Shown here one piece after another: positions 35,439 through 46,603 of a stretch of DNA of 64,000 nucleotides. Numbering within the stretch: position 1 is the first letter of the stretch; the number at the start of each line of letters is the position of its first letter. This DNA comes from Burkholderiales bacterium. Its GTDB lineage: Bacteria > Pseudomonadota > Gammaproteobacteria > Burkholderiales > SG8-39. A program made the translations under genes and the position numbers. The stretch covers positions 7,177 to 71,176 of the forward strand of contig DASVDO010000008.1 of the NCBI GenBank assembly GCA_036381055.1, given 5' to 3'. Under the pieces are notes generated by a model. It saw only the letters and a list, made by a program, of their open reading frames with translations. It was not told the origin of the DNA and did no database searches.

Positions 35439-37105
35439 CGCGCTGGACCCGCGTGCTCGCCGCGCTCAGCGCTTTCGCCGCGCTGTTCTCGATCGTCTTC
35501 ATCCTCGACAACACCGAGTTCCCGTTCGAGGTGCGGCGGCTGCTCGTCTTCCAGTACCTGCTGCGCCAGCAGGACATCGCCGGCGCGGTGCTGATGCTCG
35601 CGCTGGTGCTCGGCGCCTGGCTGCTGCGCCGGCGCGACCCGCGGCTCGACCCGGCGGCGTTCCTCGGCCGGCATGCCTGGGCGGTCGCCGCCGCGAGCTT
35701 CGCCGGCCTGTGCCTGGCGATGTTCGCGGTCGTGCACGGCCATGCGCTCGCCGGCGACGAGCACCTCGCGATTTTCCAGAGCCGGGTGTTCGCCGCCGGC
35801 GAGCTCACCGCGCAGTTCCCGCGCGAGCTGGTCTACCGGCTGGTGCCGACCTTCTACCTCGATCGCTGGCTGATCGCCACGGAGACCGGCCGGGTGGTGT
35901 CGATCTACTGGCCGGGCTTCGCGCTGCTCCTCGCGCCGTTCTCGCTCGTCGGCGCGCCGTGGGCCTGCAATCCGCTGCTCGCCTCGCTGACGCTCGTGCT
36001 GCTGGCGCGCACGGCGACGCGGCTCACGTCCGACGAGCGCGCCGGCGGCTGGGCGATGCTCTTCGCGCTCGCCTCGCCCGGCTTCGCCGGGATGGCGCTC
36101 TCCTATTTCTCGATGACCGCGCACCTTTTCTTCAACCTGCTGTTCGCCTGGCTGCTGCTCGAGCGCACGCCGCGGCGGCTGCTGGCGGCGGGGCTGGTCG
36201 GGTCGTTCGCGCTGGTGCAGAGCAACCCGGTGCCGCACCTGCTTTTCGCCCTGCCCTGGATCGTCTCGATCGCCCGCGGGCCCGACGGCCGCCGCCGGCT
36301 GGCGCTGCTCGGCGCCGGCTATGCGCCGCTCGTGCTGCTGCTCGGGCTGGGCTGGTGGCTGTTCCTGCGCGAGCTGCAGGGCAGCAGCTTTCCCCTGCCC
36401 TATGCGCCCGACGGCGATCTGCTGCACCGGCTCGTAAACCTCGCCGCATACCTGCACTACGAGATCCGCAAGGTGTTCACGCTGCCCGGCGCCGACGTGC
36501 TCGGCTATCGGCTCGGCGAGCAGGTGCGGCTCTGGACCTGGACCGTGCCGGGGCTGCCGCTGCTCGCGCTCGCCGGCTGGTGGCTCTGGCGCGCGAGCGA
36601 CGGGCTGCGGCTGCTCGGCGTCTCGCTCGCCGCGACGCTGCTCGGCTACGCCTTCGTCGGCTTCGACCAGGGCTACGGCTGGGGCGCGCGCTACGTGCAT
36701 TCGGCTTTCGGCGCGCTGCCGATCCTTGCCGGCGCGCTCATGGCGAAGGGCTTGCCCGACCTGCAGGGCCGCGAGCTGCGCGCCTACGTCACGCGGCTCG
36801 CGCTCTACAGCCTGGTGTTCGGCACCGCGCTGCGGCTGTTCCAGATCCGGCTGTTCATGGACGAGCAGCTCGCCCTGCGCCCGCCCTTCGCCGAAGGCGT
36901 GCGCCAGATCGTGTTCATCCGGCCGAACCTCGAGTACTACACGCCGGACTTCGTGCAGAACGACCCGTTCCTGCGCGCGCCCGTGATCTTCATGCAGTCG
37001 CGCACGCCGCGGCGCGACCGCGAGGACGTGATCGGGCGCCATTTCCCGCAAGCGCGACTGGTGTACGACAACCCGCTGCTCGGCCAGGTGTGGCGGCTCG
37101 AGTAG
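35435..37105 (+). CDS. polytopic membrane protein (putative GT-C-like)
   Basis: ATGA overlap with the GT4 gene. There are 12 or more hydrophobic segments. An acidic GDEH motif lies in an early loop. A soluble C-terminal tail is present. Confidence 0.5.
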   Translation: MTRWTRVLAALSAFAALFSIVFILDNTEFPFEVRRLLVFQYLLRQQDIAGAVLMLALVLGAWLLRRRDPRLDPAAFLGRHAWAVAAASFAGLCLAMFAVVHGHALAGDEHLAIFQSRVFAAGELTAQFPRELVYRLVPTFYLDRWLIATETGRVVSIYWPGFALLLAPFSLVGAPWACNPLLASLTLVLLARTATRLTSDERAGGWAMLFALASPGFAGMALSYFSMTAHLFFNLLFAWLLLERTPRRLLAAGLVGSFALVQSNPVPHLLFALPWIVSIARGPDGRRRLALLGAGYAPLVLLLGLGWWLFLRELQGSSFPLPYAPDGDLLHRLVNLAAYLHYEIRKVFTLPGADVLGYRLGEQVRLWTWTVPGLPLLALAGWWLWRASDGLRLLGVSLAATLLGYAFVGFDQGYGWGARYVHSAFGALPILAGALMAKGLPDLQGRELRAYVTRLALYSLVFGTALRLFQIRLFMDEQLALRPPFAEGVRQIVFIRPNLEYYTPDFVQNDPFLRAPVIFMQSRTPRRDREDVIGRHFPQARLVYDNPLLGQVWRLE

Positions 37106-37471
37106 TCACGCGCTGGCGCGCAGCGCCCACTTGTTGCCGAGGTAGTTCATCGCGAACAGCAGCACCGTGACGATCGGGCTGGCGACGGGCACCGACAGGC
37201 CGACGAGGTCGACGAACACGAACATGCCGGCGAGCGAGGCGGGATAGTTGGCGCTCGCGACGACCACGTAGCGCCAGAAGGCGCGCGCGCCGCGCTCGGC
37301 GAGCCGGTAGGTCCAGCGGCTGTGCAGGCTGTAGCCGATCACCACCACCACGGCGAACGAGACGACCAGCGAGGCGGCGTAGTGCAGCCCGGCCCAGTCG
37401 CCCGCGATCATGATCGCGTTGTGCACCAGGGCGCAGAACGCGCCGACGGCGAGCACGCGCGCCGCGATCAT
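37106..37471 (-). CDS. GtrA family membrane protein
   Basis: 121 aa with four TM helices. The pattern ...HSRWTY....N.LGNKWA... is typical of GtrA-like proteins. Confidence 0.8.
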   Translation of the reverse strand: MIAARVLAVGAFCALVHNAIMIAGDWAGLHYAASLVVSFAVVVVIGYSLHSRWTYRLAERGARAFWRYVVVASANYPASLAGMFVFVDLVGLSVPVASPIVTVLLFAMNYLGNKWALRASA

Positions 37472-37478
37472 CGCCGCC

Positions 37479-38174
37479 TCACGCGCCGCGCCGGAACAGC
37501 GTCACGTAGACGCAGGCGTTGTCGGCGCGCACTTGCTCCGGCGTGATGGCGTCCTCCAGCCAGGCGCGCAGGTTGTAGGCCACCGTCGCCGCGGCGCACA
37601 GCGCGCCGCCGGCGAGCGGCAGCCGGCGCAGCGCATAGGCGAGGCCGAACGAGCGAAGGATGCTCGTCCAGGCGAGCGGCCCGACGACGGGGCGCATCTC
37701 GACCAGCGAGAAGCCGTGCGCCGCCACCTCGCGGCGCAGGCCTTCGCCGGTCCAGCGGCGGTAGTCGCCGGGATGCGGGTGGTAGAACCAGGTGCCGTGC
37801 GTCGAGAGCAGCAGGTGGCCGCCGGGCTTGAGCACGCGGCGCGCCTCGCCGAGGTAGGTGGCGAGATCCCAGACGTGCTCGAGCACCTGGAACGAGGCGA
37901 CCAGGTCGAACGACGCGTCGGCCGCGGCGAGCGTGCCGTCGGGCCGGATCGCCACCTCGTGCGCGGCGTCGATGTCGGCGCCGCTGTAGCGCGCGCCGGC
38001 CTCGGCGAACCAGCGCTCGTAGGGCCGCTCGCCGCAGCCGAAGTCGAGCACCGCGGCGCCCGAGAGGGCGAGCGACGAATGCGCGAGCAGCGCGCGGATC
38101 GCCTCGGCCTGGCGGCGCATCACGTGCCAGCCGAGGTCCCACAGGCGCGGATTGGCGCGGCGCTCGCCGGTCAT
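37479..38174 (-). CDS. class I SAM-dependent methyltransferase
   Basis: Motif I VLDFGCGERP and motif II/post-I DLVASFQVLEHV are present. ATGA overlap with the upstream gene. Confidence 0.8.
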   Translation of the reverse strand: MTGERRANPRLWDLGWHVMRRQAEAIRALLAHSSLALSGAAVLDFGCGERPYERWFAEAGARYSGADIDAAHEVAIRPDGTLAAADASFDLVASFQVLEHVWDLATYLGEARRVLKPGGHLLLSTHGTWFYHPHPGDYRRWTGEGLRREVAAHGFSLVEMRPVVGPLAWTSILRSFGLAYALRRLPLAGGALCAAATVAYNLRAWLEDAITPEQVRADNACVYVTLFRRGA

Positions 38175-38860
38175 TCGGCCAGGGCGAGCAGCGAAGTGCC
38201 GCCGAAGATGCGCGCCGAGAGCTCGGGATGCAGCAGCGCCCCCACCTTGCGCGGCAGCCAGAACAGCCACTCGCTCGCGCTCCGCGGCTGGTCCACCATG
38301 CGGCTGGGATAGTCGCGCGCCGCGATGGCGTAGCCGCATTCGCGCAGCGTCTCCTCGGCCACCGCGGCGGTGTAGTAGTGCAGGTGGCCGAGCTGGCGCC
38401 GCGTCCAGAGCTGGTGGTTGATCAGCACCCCGGCGACGTGCATCTCGAGCGGGATGTTGAACACGAAGCGCCGCGCGCGCTGCCGCAGCGCGCGCAGGAA
38501 GGCGAACGGGTCCTCGACGTGCTCGAACACGTCGATGCAGAGCAGCAGGTCGAAGCGCTCGGCGCTCTTCGTCAGGTCCTCGCAGTGGAAGGAGAGCCGC
38601 TCGTTGGCATGGCGCCGCGCGCGCTCGATGGCGAGCGCCGAGATGTCGTAGCCGGCGAGCCGCGTTTCGGCGGGCAGGCCGCGCTGCAGCGCCGCCAGGA
38701 TGCCGCCCGCCCCGCAGCCCACCTCCGCGACGCTCGCCGGGCGATCGGCGCCGGCGCGCCGGAGCAGGCGCAGGATCTTCGCCGCCTTCCATTGCGAGTC
38801 CTCCTCGTGCCACGAGGGGTTCGCCGCGAGGTAGCGGCCGTCCTCGTACCTACTGCTCAT
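38171..38860 (-). CDS. class I SAM-dependent methyltransferase
   Basis: Motif I VAEVGCGAGG and DLLLCIDVFEHVEDP are present. Confidence 0.8.
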   Translation of the reverse strand: MSSRYEDGRYLAANPSWHEEDSQWKAAKILRLLRRAGADRPASVAEVGCGAGGILAALQRGLPAETRLAGYDISALAIERARRHANERLSFHCEDLTKSAERFDLLLCIDVFEHVEDPFAFLRALRQRARRFVFNIPLEMHVAGVLINHQLWTRRQLGHLHYYTAAVAEETLRECGYAIAARDYPSRMVDQPRSASEWLFWLPRKVGALLHPELSARIFGGTSLLALAE

Positions 38861-40889
38861 GGCCGCTCCCCCGCTCGGCGCGGTACACCGCGATGCGGCC
38901 CGCGACGAACGCGGCATGCCGGCGGCCGGCGTCCCATCGCGGCCCGCTGCTTCCCGGCACGACGTACCAGCGGATGCCGAGCTCGCCCGCCCGCTCGAGC
39001 GCCGCCTGCATCGTCGGCTCGGCGGCGATGCGCTCGAGCTCGGCGTAGCGCGCCTCCGCGGTGCGCTTCGCCGCCCCGCCGCGCGTCGCATGGATGAACG
39101 GCCGGCTGAGGTAGGCCGGCACGCCGCTCAGCGCGACGAGCTGGATCGCCGGGTCGCTCGCCACGCGGCGCGTCTCGAGCCCCTGGACCGCGAGGACGTC
39201 GCCCGGCGCCGAGCGGGCGCGGATGTAATGGCCCGCCTGCGGCACCCCGGGCTCCAGCCAGAAGTACTCGTCCCATCGCGCGTCGGGGGAAGTGAAGAGC
39301 GCGGCCCAGGCGCCCAGGCAGGCGAGGCCGGCGATGCCCCAGGCCCAGGCGCGCGCGCGGCGCAGCGTGCCGAGCCAGCTCGCGAGACCGGCCGCCGTCC
39401 AGATGGCGAACACGGCGTAGACGAGCACGAACGGCCGGTGCCCGAACTCGGTCGGGTCGCCGTTCGGCGCGACCGGCGCCGCGATCACCAGCAGCAAGAA
39501 CACGCAGAGCACCAGCGCCGGCAGCGCGTCGGCGAGCCGCAGCGGGCGCACCCGCCGCAGCAGCAGCAGCGAGGCCGGGTAGAGCAGGAGAAAGACGCCC
39601 AGCGCCGCCGGCAGCACGAGCAGCGTACCGCCCACCAGGCCCGCCGCGGCGCCGTAGTCGCGCACGAGCTGCGCGTAGCCGAACGGCAGCGGCAGCGCCG
39701 GATGCACGTCGTGGATGACGTGCAGGAACTGCGCGAGCGCCGGCGTCGCCCCCGGGACGAGCGCGTAGTAGCCGAGCACGAAAAGCGCCAGCGCCACCGC
39801 GGCCCCGGCGAGCACGGTCGCACGGCGAGCGGCGAGCGCCGGCACGGCGAGCGCGGTCGCGACGAGCCAGGCGGGAAACGCGAGCAGGAACACGTGCACG
39901 CGGATGAACAGGCAGGCGAGCACCAGCGCGGCGCTCGCGACGAGCAGCCGGCGCGCCCCGGTCTCGCGCCAGCGCAGCCACAGCGCGAGCGACACCAGGC
40001 AGGCGGCGGTGGCATACGCGCCGCCGGGCACCTGCAGCATCAGCCAGTAATAGCCGAACGCCCGGTTCATCAGCCCGTAGCTCGCCGCATCCGGCAGGAC
40101 GGTCAGCGCGGCAAGCGAGGCCATGCCGCCCGCCGGCCCGGCGAGCGCTGCGCCGAGCGTGTAGACGCCGGCGCAGAGCGTGAGAAAGCCGAGCGGCACC
40201 CACAGCGACGTGGCGAGCGGCAGCCCGGGCAGATCGAGCGGCCGGGCGAACGCCGCCGGCAGCAGGTAGGAGGCGTAGTGATAGAGCGGCCGCGGCGTGC
40301 CGGCGAGCTCCATCGCCCCGGCGCCCGCGGCGCGCGGATCGCCGAACTGCGAGAGATGCGCGGCGTGGATGAACTGGTCGGTCCAGGTCGTCATCACGCC
40401 GTCGTGCAACAGCGTGCCGTAGACCGCGGCGAGATCCCAGCACCAGTAAAGGGTGGCGCCGGCGCAGAGCAGAAGCGCGGCGGGACCCCAGGGATCGGCC
40501 GGGGAGCGCTCGCGCAGCCGCCAGGCGAGCGCGGCGACCAGCGCCGCCCAGACAAAAAAAGCCGTCGCGGCGAGCAGGCCGAACAGCGCCGCCAGGAGGT
40601 TGAGCGCCAGCGCGCTGACGCATGCGCCGAGCACCCAGGCGGCGGGCGCCGCCTGGCGCGCGCCGGCCGCGCGCAGCGCGAGGCGCCCCGCCGCCATCAC
40701 GACGAGCGCCAGCGCGCCGAGCATGAGCAGCGCCGCGACGGGACGTTCTCCCCCGCTGCGCCAGAGCAGTGCGGCGAGCGCCGGCACGACGCAAAGCGAT
40801 GCCGCAAGCGCGATCGCCAATGGTTCCGGTCTCCCTCCCGACGTCCGCGATTGTAGCCGCCGGGACGAAGCGGCGAATGTGAATATCAT
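38850..40889 (-). CDS. large polytopic membrane protein with a periplasmic-type C-terminal domain (start uncertain)
   Basis: About 14 hydrophobic segments are followed by a ~170-aa soluble tail. ATG at 40889. An alternative TTG at 40820 is preceded by GGGAGGGAG. The long ORF up to 41825 is antisense shadow of the oxidoreductase gene. Confidence 0.5.
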   Translation of the reverse strand: MIFTFAASSRRLQSRTSGGRPEPLAIALAASLCVVPALAALLWRSGGERPVAALLMLGALALVVMAAGRLALRAAGARQAAPAAWVLGACVSALALNLLAALFGLLAATAFFVWAALVAALAWRLRERSPADPWGPAALLLCAGATLYWCWDLAAVYGTLLHDGVMTTWTDQFIHAAHLSQFGDPRAAGAGAMELAGTPRPLYHYASYLLPAAFARPLDLPGLPLATSLWVPLGFLTLCAGVYTLGAALAGPAGGMASLAALTVLPDAASYGLMNRAFGYYWLMLQVPGGAYATAACLVSLALWLRWRETGARRLLVASAALVLACLFIRVHVFLLAFPAWLVATALAVPALAARRATVLAGAAVALALFVLGYYALVPGATPALAQFLHVIHDVHPALPLPFGYAQLVRDYGAAAGLVGGTLLVLPAALGVFLLLYPASLLLLRRVRPLRLADALPALVLCVFLLLVIAAPVAPNGDPTEFGHRPFVLVYAVFAIWTAAGLASWLGTLRRARAWAWGIAGLACLGAWAALFTSPDARWDEYFWLEPGVPQAGHYIRARSAPGDVLAVQGLETRRVASDPAIQLVALSGVPAYLSRPFIHATRGGAAKRTAEARYAELERIAAEPTMQAALERAGELGIRWYVVPGSSGPRWDAGRRHAAFVAGRIAVYRAERGSGHEQ

Positions 40890-40895
40890 ACGAAG

Positions 40896-41927
40896 ATGAT
40901 CGCGGCGGGGCTCGTCGGCTACGGCTACTGGGGACCGAATCTCCTGCGCAACCTGCATGCCTCGCGCCGCTTCTCGGTGAAGGCGGTCGCCGAGCTCGAT
41001 CCGGCGCGCCTGCGCGAGGCGGGCGCCGCGCTGCCCGGCATCGACACCTGCGACGATGCGGCGGCGCTGCTCGCGCGCGACGACATCTCCGCGGTGGTGA
41101 TCGCCACCCCGGTCGCCAGCCACTACGCGCTCGCGCGGCGCGCGCTCGAGCTCGGCAAGCACGTGCTGGTGGAGAAGCCGCTCTGCCGCTCGAGCGAGGA
41201 GTGCGACGAGCTGATCGCGCTCGCCGCGCGCCGCGGCCTGACGCTGATGGTCGATCACACGTTCCTGTTCACCGGCGCGGTGCGCAAGCTGCACGAGCTG
41301 GCGCGCGGCGGCGCGCTCGGCAGGATCTCCTACTACGACTCGCTGCGCGTCAACCTGGGGCTGTTCCAGCCCGACGTGAACGTGCTGTGGGACCTGGCGC
41401 CGCACGACTTCTCCATCCTCGACCACGTGATCGGCGCCGAGCCGGTGCACGTCGAGGCGACCGGCTACTGCCACGTCAACGCGCGCATGCCGGACATCGC
41501 CTACGTGACGCTGCATTGCGCCGGCGACCTGATCGCGCACTTCAACCTGAGCTGGATGTCGCCCGCCAAGGTGCGCCGGGTGGCGATCGGCGGCGACCGG
41601 CGCATGGTGGTGTGGGACGACCTCGACCGCGACGAGCGCATACGCATCTACGACAGCGGCATCCGCACCCACGCCAAGGACGAGCGCTTCACCATCATCC
41701 CCGAGTACCGCACCGGCGACATCCATGCGCCGCGCATTCCCAACGCCGAGGCGCTGGCGGGCGTGGTGCGCCACTTCGCCGACGTGATCGAGGGCCGCGC
41801 GGCGTCGATCATGAGCGGCGAGCACGGCCGGCGCGTGGTGCGCATGCTGGAAGCGGCGCAGCGCGCGCTGGACGCGAGCCTGGCGCGCGTGCGCGACGGC
41901 GCGGCGCGCGACGGCCGCCTGATATGA
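40896..41927 (+). CDS. Gfo/Idh/MocA family sugar-nucleotide oxidoreductase (WbpB/GnnA-like)
   Basis: The Rossmann fold [11 protein letters not shown] and the EKPL motif are present. The gene is followed by an acetyltransferase and an aminotransferase. Confidence 0.85.
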   Translation: MIAAGLVGYGYWGPNLLRNLHASRRFSVKAVAELDPARLREAGAALPGIDTCDDAAALLARDDISAVVIATPVASHYALARRALELGKHVLVEKPLCRSSEECDELIALAARRGLTLMVDHTFLFTGAVRKLHELARGGALGRISYYDSLRVNLGLFQPDVNVLWDLAPHDFSILDHVIGAEPVHVEATGYCHVNARMPDIAYVTLHCAGDLIAHFNLSWMSPAKVRRVAIGGDRRMVVWDDLDRDERIRIYDSGIRTHAKDERFTIIPEYRTGDIHAPRIPNAEALAGVVRHFADVIEGRAASIMSGEHGRRVVRMLEAAQRALDASLARVRDGAARDGRLI

Positions 41928-42424
41928 TCGACGCGATGGCGAGCGACTCCACGATCCGTGTCGCGCCGGACGTCAGGCTCGGCCGCGACGTGCGCCTCTC
42001 GCCGTTCGTCAACCTGTACGGCTGCGAGATCGGCGACGAGTCGCGCATCGGCCCGTTCGTCGAGATCCAGAAGGGCGCGACGGTGGGCCGGCGGGTCAAG
42101 ATCCAGAGCCACAGCTTCCTCTGCGAAGGCGTGCACATCGAGGACGAGGTGTTCATCGGCCACGGCGTGATGTTCATCAACGACCGGCTGCCGCGCGCGA
42201 CGCGCGAGGACGGCGCCCTGAAGGGCGACGGCGACTGGCTGTGCGAGGCGACGCGCGTCGAGCGGCGCGCCTCGATCGGCAGCAACGCGACCATCCTGTG
42301 CGGCGTGCGCATCGGCGCCGAGGCGATGGTCGGCGCGGGCAGCGTGGTCACCGCCGACGTGCCGGCGCGCGCCGTGGTGGCGGGCAACCCGGCGCGCGTG
42401 ATCCGCTACCTGGATGCGCGCTGA
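41924..42424 (+). CDS. left-handed beta-helix N-acetyltransferase (WbpD/WlbB-like)
   Basis: Hexapeptide repeats are visible ([31 protein letters not shown]...). ATGA overlap with the upstream gene. Confidence 0.85.
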   Translation: MIDAMASDSTIRVAPDVRLGRDVRLSPFVNLYGCEIGDESRIGPFVEIQKGATVGRRVKIQSHSFLCEGVHIEDEVFIGHGVMFINDRLPRATREDGALKGDGDWLCEATRVERRASIGSNATILCGVRIGAEAMVGAGSVVTADVPARAVVAGNPARVIRYLDAR

Positions 42425-43556
42425 GGTCCCGTTCCTCGACCTGGTGGCGCAGCACCGGGCGCTGCGCGCGGAATTGCTGGACGTGTTCGCCGCGGCGCTG
42501 GACCAGGCGGCGTTCGTCGGCGGCGCAGCGGTCGAATCGTTCGAGGCCGAGTTCGCCGCTTTCGGCGGCTACCGCCATGTCGTGGCGGTGAGCAACGGCA
42601 CCGACGCGCTGCGCATCGCGCTGCAGGCGCTCGGCATCGGCCGCGGCGCGCGCGTGGTGACGGTGCCGAACACGTTCATCGCCACCGCCGAGGCGATCTC
42701 GCAGGCCGGCGCGGCCTTCGAGTTCGTCGACGTCGACCCGGCCACCTGCCTGATGGACCCGAACCGGCTGGAGGATTTCCTGCGCGACGCCTTCGCGCGG
42801 CGCCCGAAGGACGAGCGCCCGGCCTGCCTCGTGCCGGTGCACCTGTACGGCCAGCCCTGCGACATGGAGGCGATCGGCGCGCTCGCGCGGCGCTACGAGC
42901 TGCGCGTGCTCGAGGACGCCGCGCAGGCGCACGGCGCCACCTACCGCGGCCGCTCCGTCGGCACGCTGGGTGACGCGGCCGCCTTCAGCTTCTACCCGGG
43001 CAAGAACCTCGGCGCCTGCGGCGAAGCGGGCGCGATCGTCACCGCCGACGGCGCGCTCGCCGAGCGCGCGCGCATGCTGCGCGACCACGGGCAGGCCGAG
43101 CGCTACCGCCATCGCCTCGAGGGCGGCAATGCCCGCATGGACGCGATCCAGGCGGGATTCCTGCGCGTCAAGCTGCGCCACCTGCGGGCGTGGAACGCAG
43201 CGCGGGGCGAGGTGGCGCGGCGCTACGACGCCGGCCTGCGCGGGGTGCCCGGCGTGCAGCCGGTGCAGGTGCGGGCCGACTGCGTCTCCTCGCGCCACCT
43301 GTACGTGGTGCACGCCGAGCAGCGCGACCGGCTGCAGGCCTTCCTGCACGAGCGCGCGATCCGCACCGGGCTGCACTATCCGCTGCCGCTGCACCTGCAG
43401 GAGTGCTACCGGCACCTGGGTCATGGCGCGGGCAGCTTCCCGCGCGCCGAGTGGTCCGCGGCGCGGGTGCTCAGCCTGCCGATGTTCCCGGAGATGACCC
43501 CGGCGCAGAGCGACGCGGTGCTCGGCGCCGTGCGCGAGTTCGCCGCCGCGTGCTGA
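42414..43556 (+). CDS. DegT/DnrJ/EryC1/StrS family aminotransferase (WbpE-like)
   Basis: The N-terminus VPFLDL and the PLP-lysine region [20 protein letters not shown] are present. Confidence 0.9.
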   Translation: MRAEVPFLDLVAQHRALRAELLDVFAAALDQAAFVGGAAVESFEAEFAAFGGYRHVVAVSNGTDALRIALQALGIGRGARVVTVPNTFIATAEAISQAGAAFEFVDVDPATCLMDPNRLEDFLRDAFARRPKDERPACLVPVHLYGQPCDMEAIGALARRYELRVLEDAAQAHGATYRGRSVGTLGDAAAFSFYPGKNLGACGEAGAIVTADGALAERARMLRDHGQAERYRHRLEGGNARMDAIQAGFLRVKLRHLRAWNAARGEVARRYDAGLRGVPGVQPVQVRADCVSSRHLYVVHAEQRDRLQAFLHERAIRTGLHYPLPLHLQECYRHLGHGAGSFPRAEWSAARVLSLPMFPEMTPAQSDAVLGAVREFAAAC

Positions 43557-44581
43557 CGCTCTCCGGCGCGCGCGTTGCCGTGACCGGCGGCGCCGGCTTC
43601 ATCGGCAGCCACCTCGTCGACGAGCTGCTCGCGGCCGGCAACGAGGTGACGGTGATCGACGACCTGTCGGCGGGCGAGCGGCGCAACCTCGCGCAGCACG
43701 CGGCAAACGCGCGCCTGCGCCTCGTGGTGGCGAGCGTGCTCGACGCCGCCGCGCTCGAGCAAGCGCTGCAGGGCGTGCAGTACGTGTTCCATCTCGCCAC
43801 CCGCAACGTGCGCCTGAGCCTGCGCCAGCCGAGCCTGGTGCACGAGGTCAACATGCAGGGCACCTACAACGTCCTGCGCGCCGCCGCCGGCCGCGGCGTG
43901 CGCCGCCTGCTCTACTGCTCGAGCTCGGAGGTCTACGGCACCGCGGTGCAGGTGCCCCTGCCGGAGCACTGCGAGTTCCGGCCGCACACGGTGTACGGCG
44001 CCGCCAAGCTCGCCGGCGAATACTATGCCCAGGTGTTCCATCGCAGCGGCTGGCTGGAGACGGTGATCGCGCGGCCGCACAACACCTACGGCCCGCGGGC
44101 GCACTACGCCGGCGATCGCGGCGAGCTGATCCCGCGGCTCATCGTGCGCGCGCTGGCCGGCCTGCCGCCCCTGGTGTTCGGCGACGGCGCGCAGACGCGC
44201 GACTTCACCTACGTCGCGGAGACGGCGCGCTACCTCGCCGCGCTGATGGCGAGCGACGCGGCGGCCGGCGGCACGTTCAACATCTGCCGCGGCGAGGAAG
44301 TGGCGATCAAGGACATCGCGCTGCGCGTGGCGCGGCTCGCCGGGCTCGACGCGGCGCCGGTATGCCTGCCGCCGCGGCCGCACGACGTGCGGCGCCTGCT
44401 GGGCGACCCGGCGCTGCTGCGCCGCACGCTCGGCAGCTCGCCTTCCATCGGCATTGCCGAGGGGCTGGAGCGCACCTTCGCGTGGTACCGGCAGCATGTC
44501 GCCATCGACGAGGCCGTGCTCGCGGCCGTGCAGCGCGAGAACTGGGCCGAGACAAGCGCCGAGCCGTGGCTGCCCGACTAA
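43550..44581 (+). CDS. NAD-dependent epimerase/dehydratase (extended SDR)
   Basis: VTGGAGFIGSHL and the catalytic YGAAKLAGE (YxxxK) are present. The GTG start overlaps the preceding stop. Confidence 0.85.
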   Translation: MLTLSGARVAVTGGAGFIGSHLVDELLAAGNEVTVIDDLSAGERRNLAQHAANARLRLVVASVLDAAALEQALQGVQYVFHLATRNVRLSLRQPSLVHEVNMQGTYNVLRAAAGRGVRRLLYCSSSEVYGTAVQVPLPEHCEFRPHTVYGAAKLAGEYYAQVFHRSGWLETVIARPHNTYGPRAHYAGDRGELIPRLIVRALAGLPPLVFGDGAQTRDFTYVAETARYLAALMASDAAAGGTFNICRGEEVAIKDIALRVARLAGLDAAPVCLPPRPHDVRRLLGDPALLRRTLGSSPSIGIAEGLERTFAWYRQHVAIDEAVLAAVQRENWAETSAEPWLPD

Positions 44582-45834
44582 AGCCGATCGCCCTGGCGCG
44601 CCCGTGGATGGGCGAGGAGGAAGCCGCGGCGGCGCGCGAAGCGATCCTTTCCGGGTGGATCACCCAGGGACCGCGCGTGCAGGCGTTCGAGGCGGCGTTC
44701 GCCGGGATGCTCGGCAGCCGCGGCGCCTGCGCGGTTTCGAGCGGCACGGCGGCCCTGCACCTCGCGCTGCTCGCCGCGGGCGTCGCTCCGGGCGACGTGG
44801 TGATCACCGTCAGCCACTCCTTCATCGCCACCGCGAACGCCGTGCGCTACTGCGGCGCCGAGCCCTTCTTCGTCGACATCGATCCGCAGACGCTCAACAT
44901 GGACCCGGCAGCGCTCGAGCGCGCCCTCGCCGAGGACTTCGAGGCGCGCGACGGCGGGCTGTGGCTCAGGGCGCCGCAGCGCCTGCAGACGCGGCAAAGC
45001 CCGCTTGCCCGCGCGCCCGGCCCGATCGGTCGCCTCGCGGCGATCGAGGTCGTGCACCAGGTCGGCATGCCGGCCGACCTCGCCGCGATCGTGCCGATCT
45101 CGGCGCGGCACGGCGTGCCGCTGATCGAGGACGCGGCATGCGCGGTCGGCAGCGCGATACGCGCCGGCGCGGGCGGCGGCTGGGAGCCGATCGGCAGGCC
45201 GCACGGCCTGGCCGCGTGCTTCAGCTTCCACCCGCGCAAGCTGCTCAGCACCGGCGACGGCGGCATGATCGTATCGGACGACGCCGCCCTGCTCGCCGCC
45301 GCGCGGCAGCTCCGCCATCACGGCATGAGCGTCTCCGACCTGGAGCGCCATCGCGCCGGCGAGGTGCTGTTCGAAAGCTACGAGCGCACCGGCTTCAACT
45401 ACCGCATGACCGACGTGCAGGCGGCGATCGGCCGGGTGCAGCTCGAGCGCCTGCCGGCGATCCTGGAGCGGCGGCGCGAGCAGGCGGCGCGCTACGCCGA
45501 GCTGCTGCGCGGCCTGCCGGGCGTCGAGGCGCCGCGCGAGCCGGGCTATGCGCGCACCAACTGGCAGAGCTATGTCGTGCGCCTGGCGCGTCCCGAGTGG
45601 CAGGCGCCGGTGATGAAGGCGCTGCGCGCGCGCGGCGTGGCGAGCGCGCGCGGCATCATGTGCGCGCACCTCGAGGCGCCTTATCGCGACGCCTGGCCGG
45701 CCGGCTGCCTGCCGCACAGCGAGGCGATGCGCGGCCGCGGCCTGATCCTGCCGCTGCACCACGAGCTCGCCGCCGAGGACCAGCAGCGCGTCGTCGAGGC
45801 GCTGCGCTCGGCGCTGCGCGATGCGGCTGCCTGA
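44566..45834 (+). CDS. DegT/ArnB-like aminotransferase (start uncertain)
   Basis: IALARPWMGEEE...GWITQGPRV and the PLP-lysine region FSFHPRKLLSTGDGGMIVS are present. I prefer the GTG at 44566 over the ATG at 44608. Confidence 0.85.
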   Translation: MAARLKPIALARPWMGEEEAAAAREAILSGWITQGPRVQAFEAAFAGMLGSRGACAVSSGTAALHLALLAAGVAPGDVVITVSHSFIATANAVRYCGAEPFFVDIDPQTLNMDPAALERALAEDFEARDGGLWLRAPQRLQTRQSPLARAPGPIGRLAAIEVVHQVGMPADLAAIVPISARHGVPLIEDAACAVGSAIRAGAGGGWEPIGRPHGLAACFSFHPRKLLSTGDGGMIVSDDAALLAAARQLRHHGMSVSDLERHRAGEVLFESYERTGFNYRMTDVQAAIGRVQLERLPAILERRREQAARYAELLRGLPGVEAPREPGYARTNWQSYVVRLARPEWQAPVMKALRARGVASARGIMCAHLEAPYRDAWPAGCLPHSEAMRGRGLILPLHHELAAEDQQRVVEALRSALRDAAA

Positions 45835-46573
45835 TTTCGTCATCGGCGGCGCGCCGCGCTCGGGAACCACCTGGGCCTATCACCTGCTCGCCCGCCATCC
45901 CGGCATCTACATGGCCGCGCCGCCGCGCCCGGAGCCGAAGTTCTTCCTGGTCGACGAGCTCTACGCGCAGGGGCTCGACTGGTATTCGCGGCGCTGGTTC
46001 GCCGCCGCGCCCTCGGGCGCGGTATGCGGCGAGAAAAGCACCAACTACCTGGAGAGCGCCGCGGCGGCGCGGCGCATGGCGAGCGACCTGCCGCACGTGA
46101 AGCTGGTGTTCCTGCTGCGCGAGCCGGCCGAGCGCGCCTGGTCGAACTACCTCTGGTCGCGCATGAACGGCCTGGAGCCGGAGAGCTTCGAGCGCGCCCT
46201 TGCCCTGGAGCCGGCGCGCGAGCAGGCGCTGCCCGCCGCGCAGCGCTTTTCGCGGCCGCACGCCTATTTCTCGCGCGGGCTCTATGCCGAGCTGCTGCGA
46301 CCGTGGCTCGCGCTTTTTCCGCGCGAGCGCGTGCTGTGCCTGCGCTACGAGGACATCGCCGAGCGTCCCGGCGAGCTCGCCGCCCGGCTGCATCGCTTCC
46401 TCGGCGTGGCGGCGCGGCCCGGCGACGCCGAGGGGCTCGGCGTGATCAACGCCGCCGAAGGCAGCGACGCGCCGATGCCCGAAGCCGCGCGGCGCGCCCT
46501 GCGGCTGCGCTACGCCGAGCCGAACCGCCGGCTGGTCGAGCTGCTCGGGCCGGAGTTCGGCGCCTGGCTGTGA
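45821..46573 (+). CDS. PAPS-dependent sulfotransferase
   Basis: A 5'-PSB loop GAPRSGTTW sits at the N-terminus. A 3'-PB-like LLREPAERAWSNY follows. Confidence 0.8.
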   Translation: MRLPDFVIGGAPRSGTTWAYHLLARHPGIYMAAPPRPEPKFFLVDELYAQGLDWYSRRWFAAAPSGAVCGEKSTNYLESAAAARRMASDLPHVKLVFLLREPAERAWSNYLWSRMNGLEPESFERALALEPAREQALPAAQRFSRPHAYFSRGLYAELLRPWLALFPRERVLCLRYEDIAERPGELAARLHRFLGVAARPGDAEGLGVINAAEGSDAPMPEAARRALRLRYAEPNRRLVELLGPEFGAWL

Positions 46574-46603
46574 GCCCCGGACCCGGCCCGCTATAGTGCC
46601 GGC

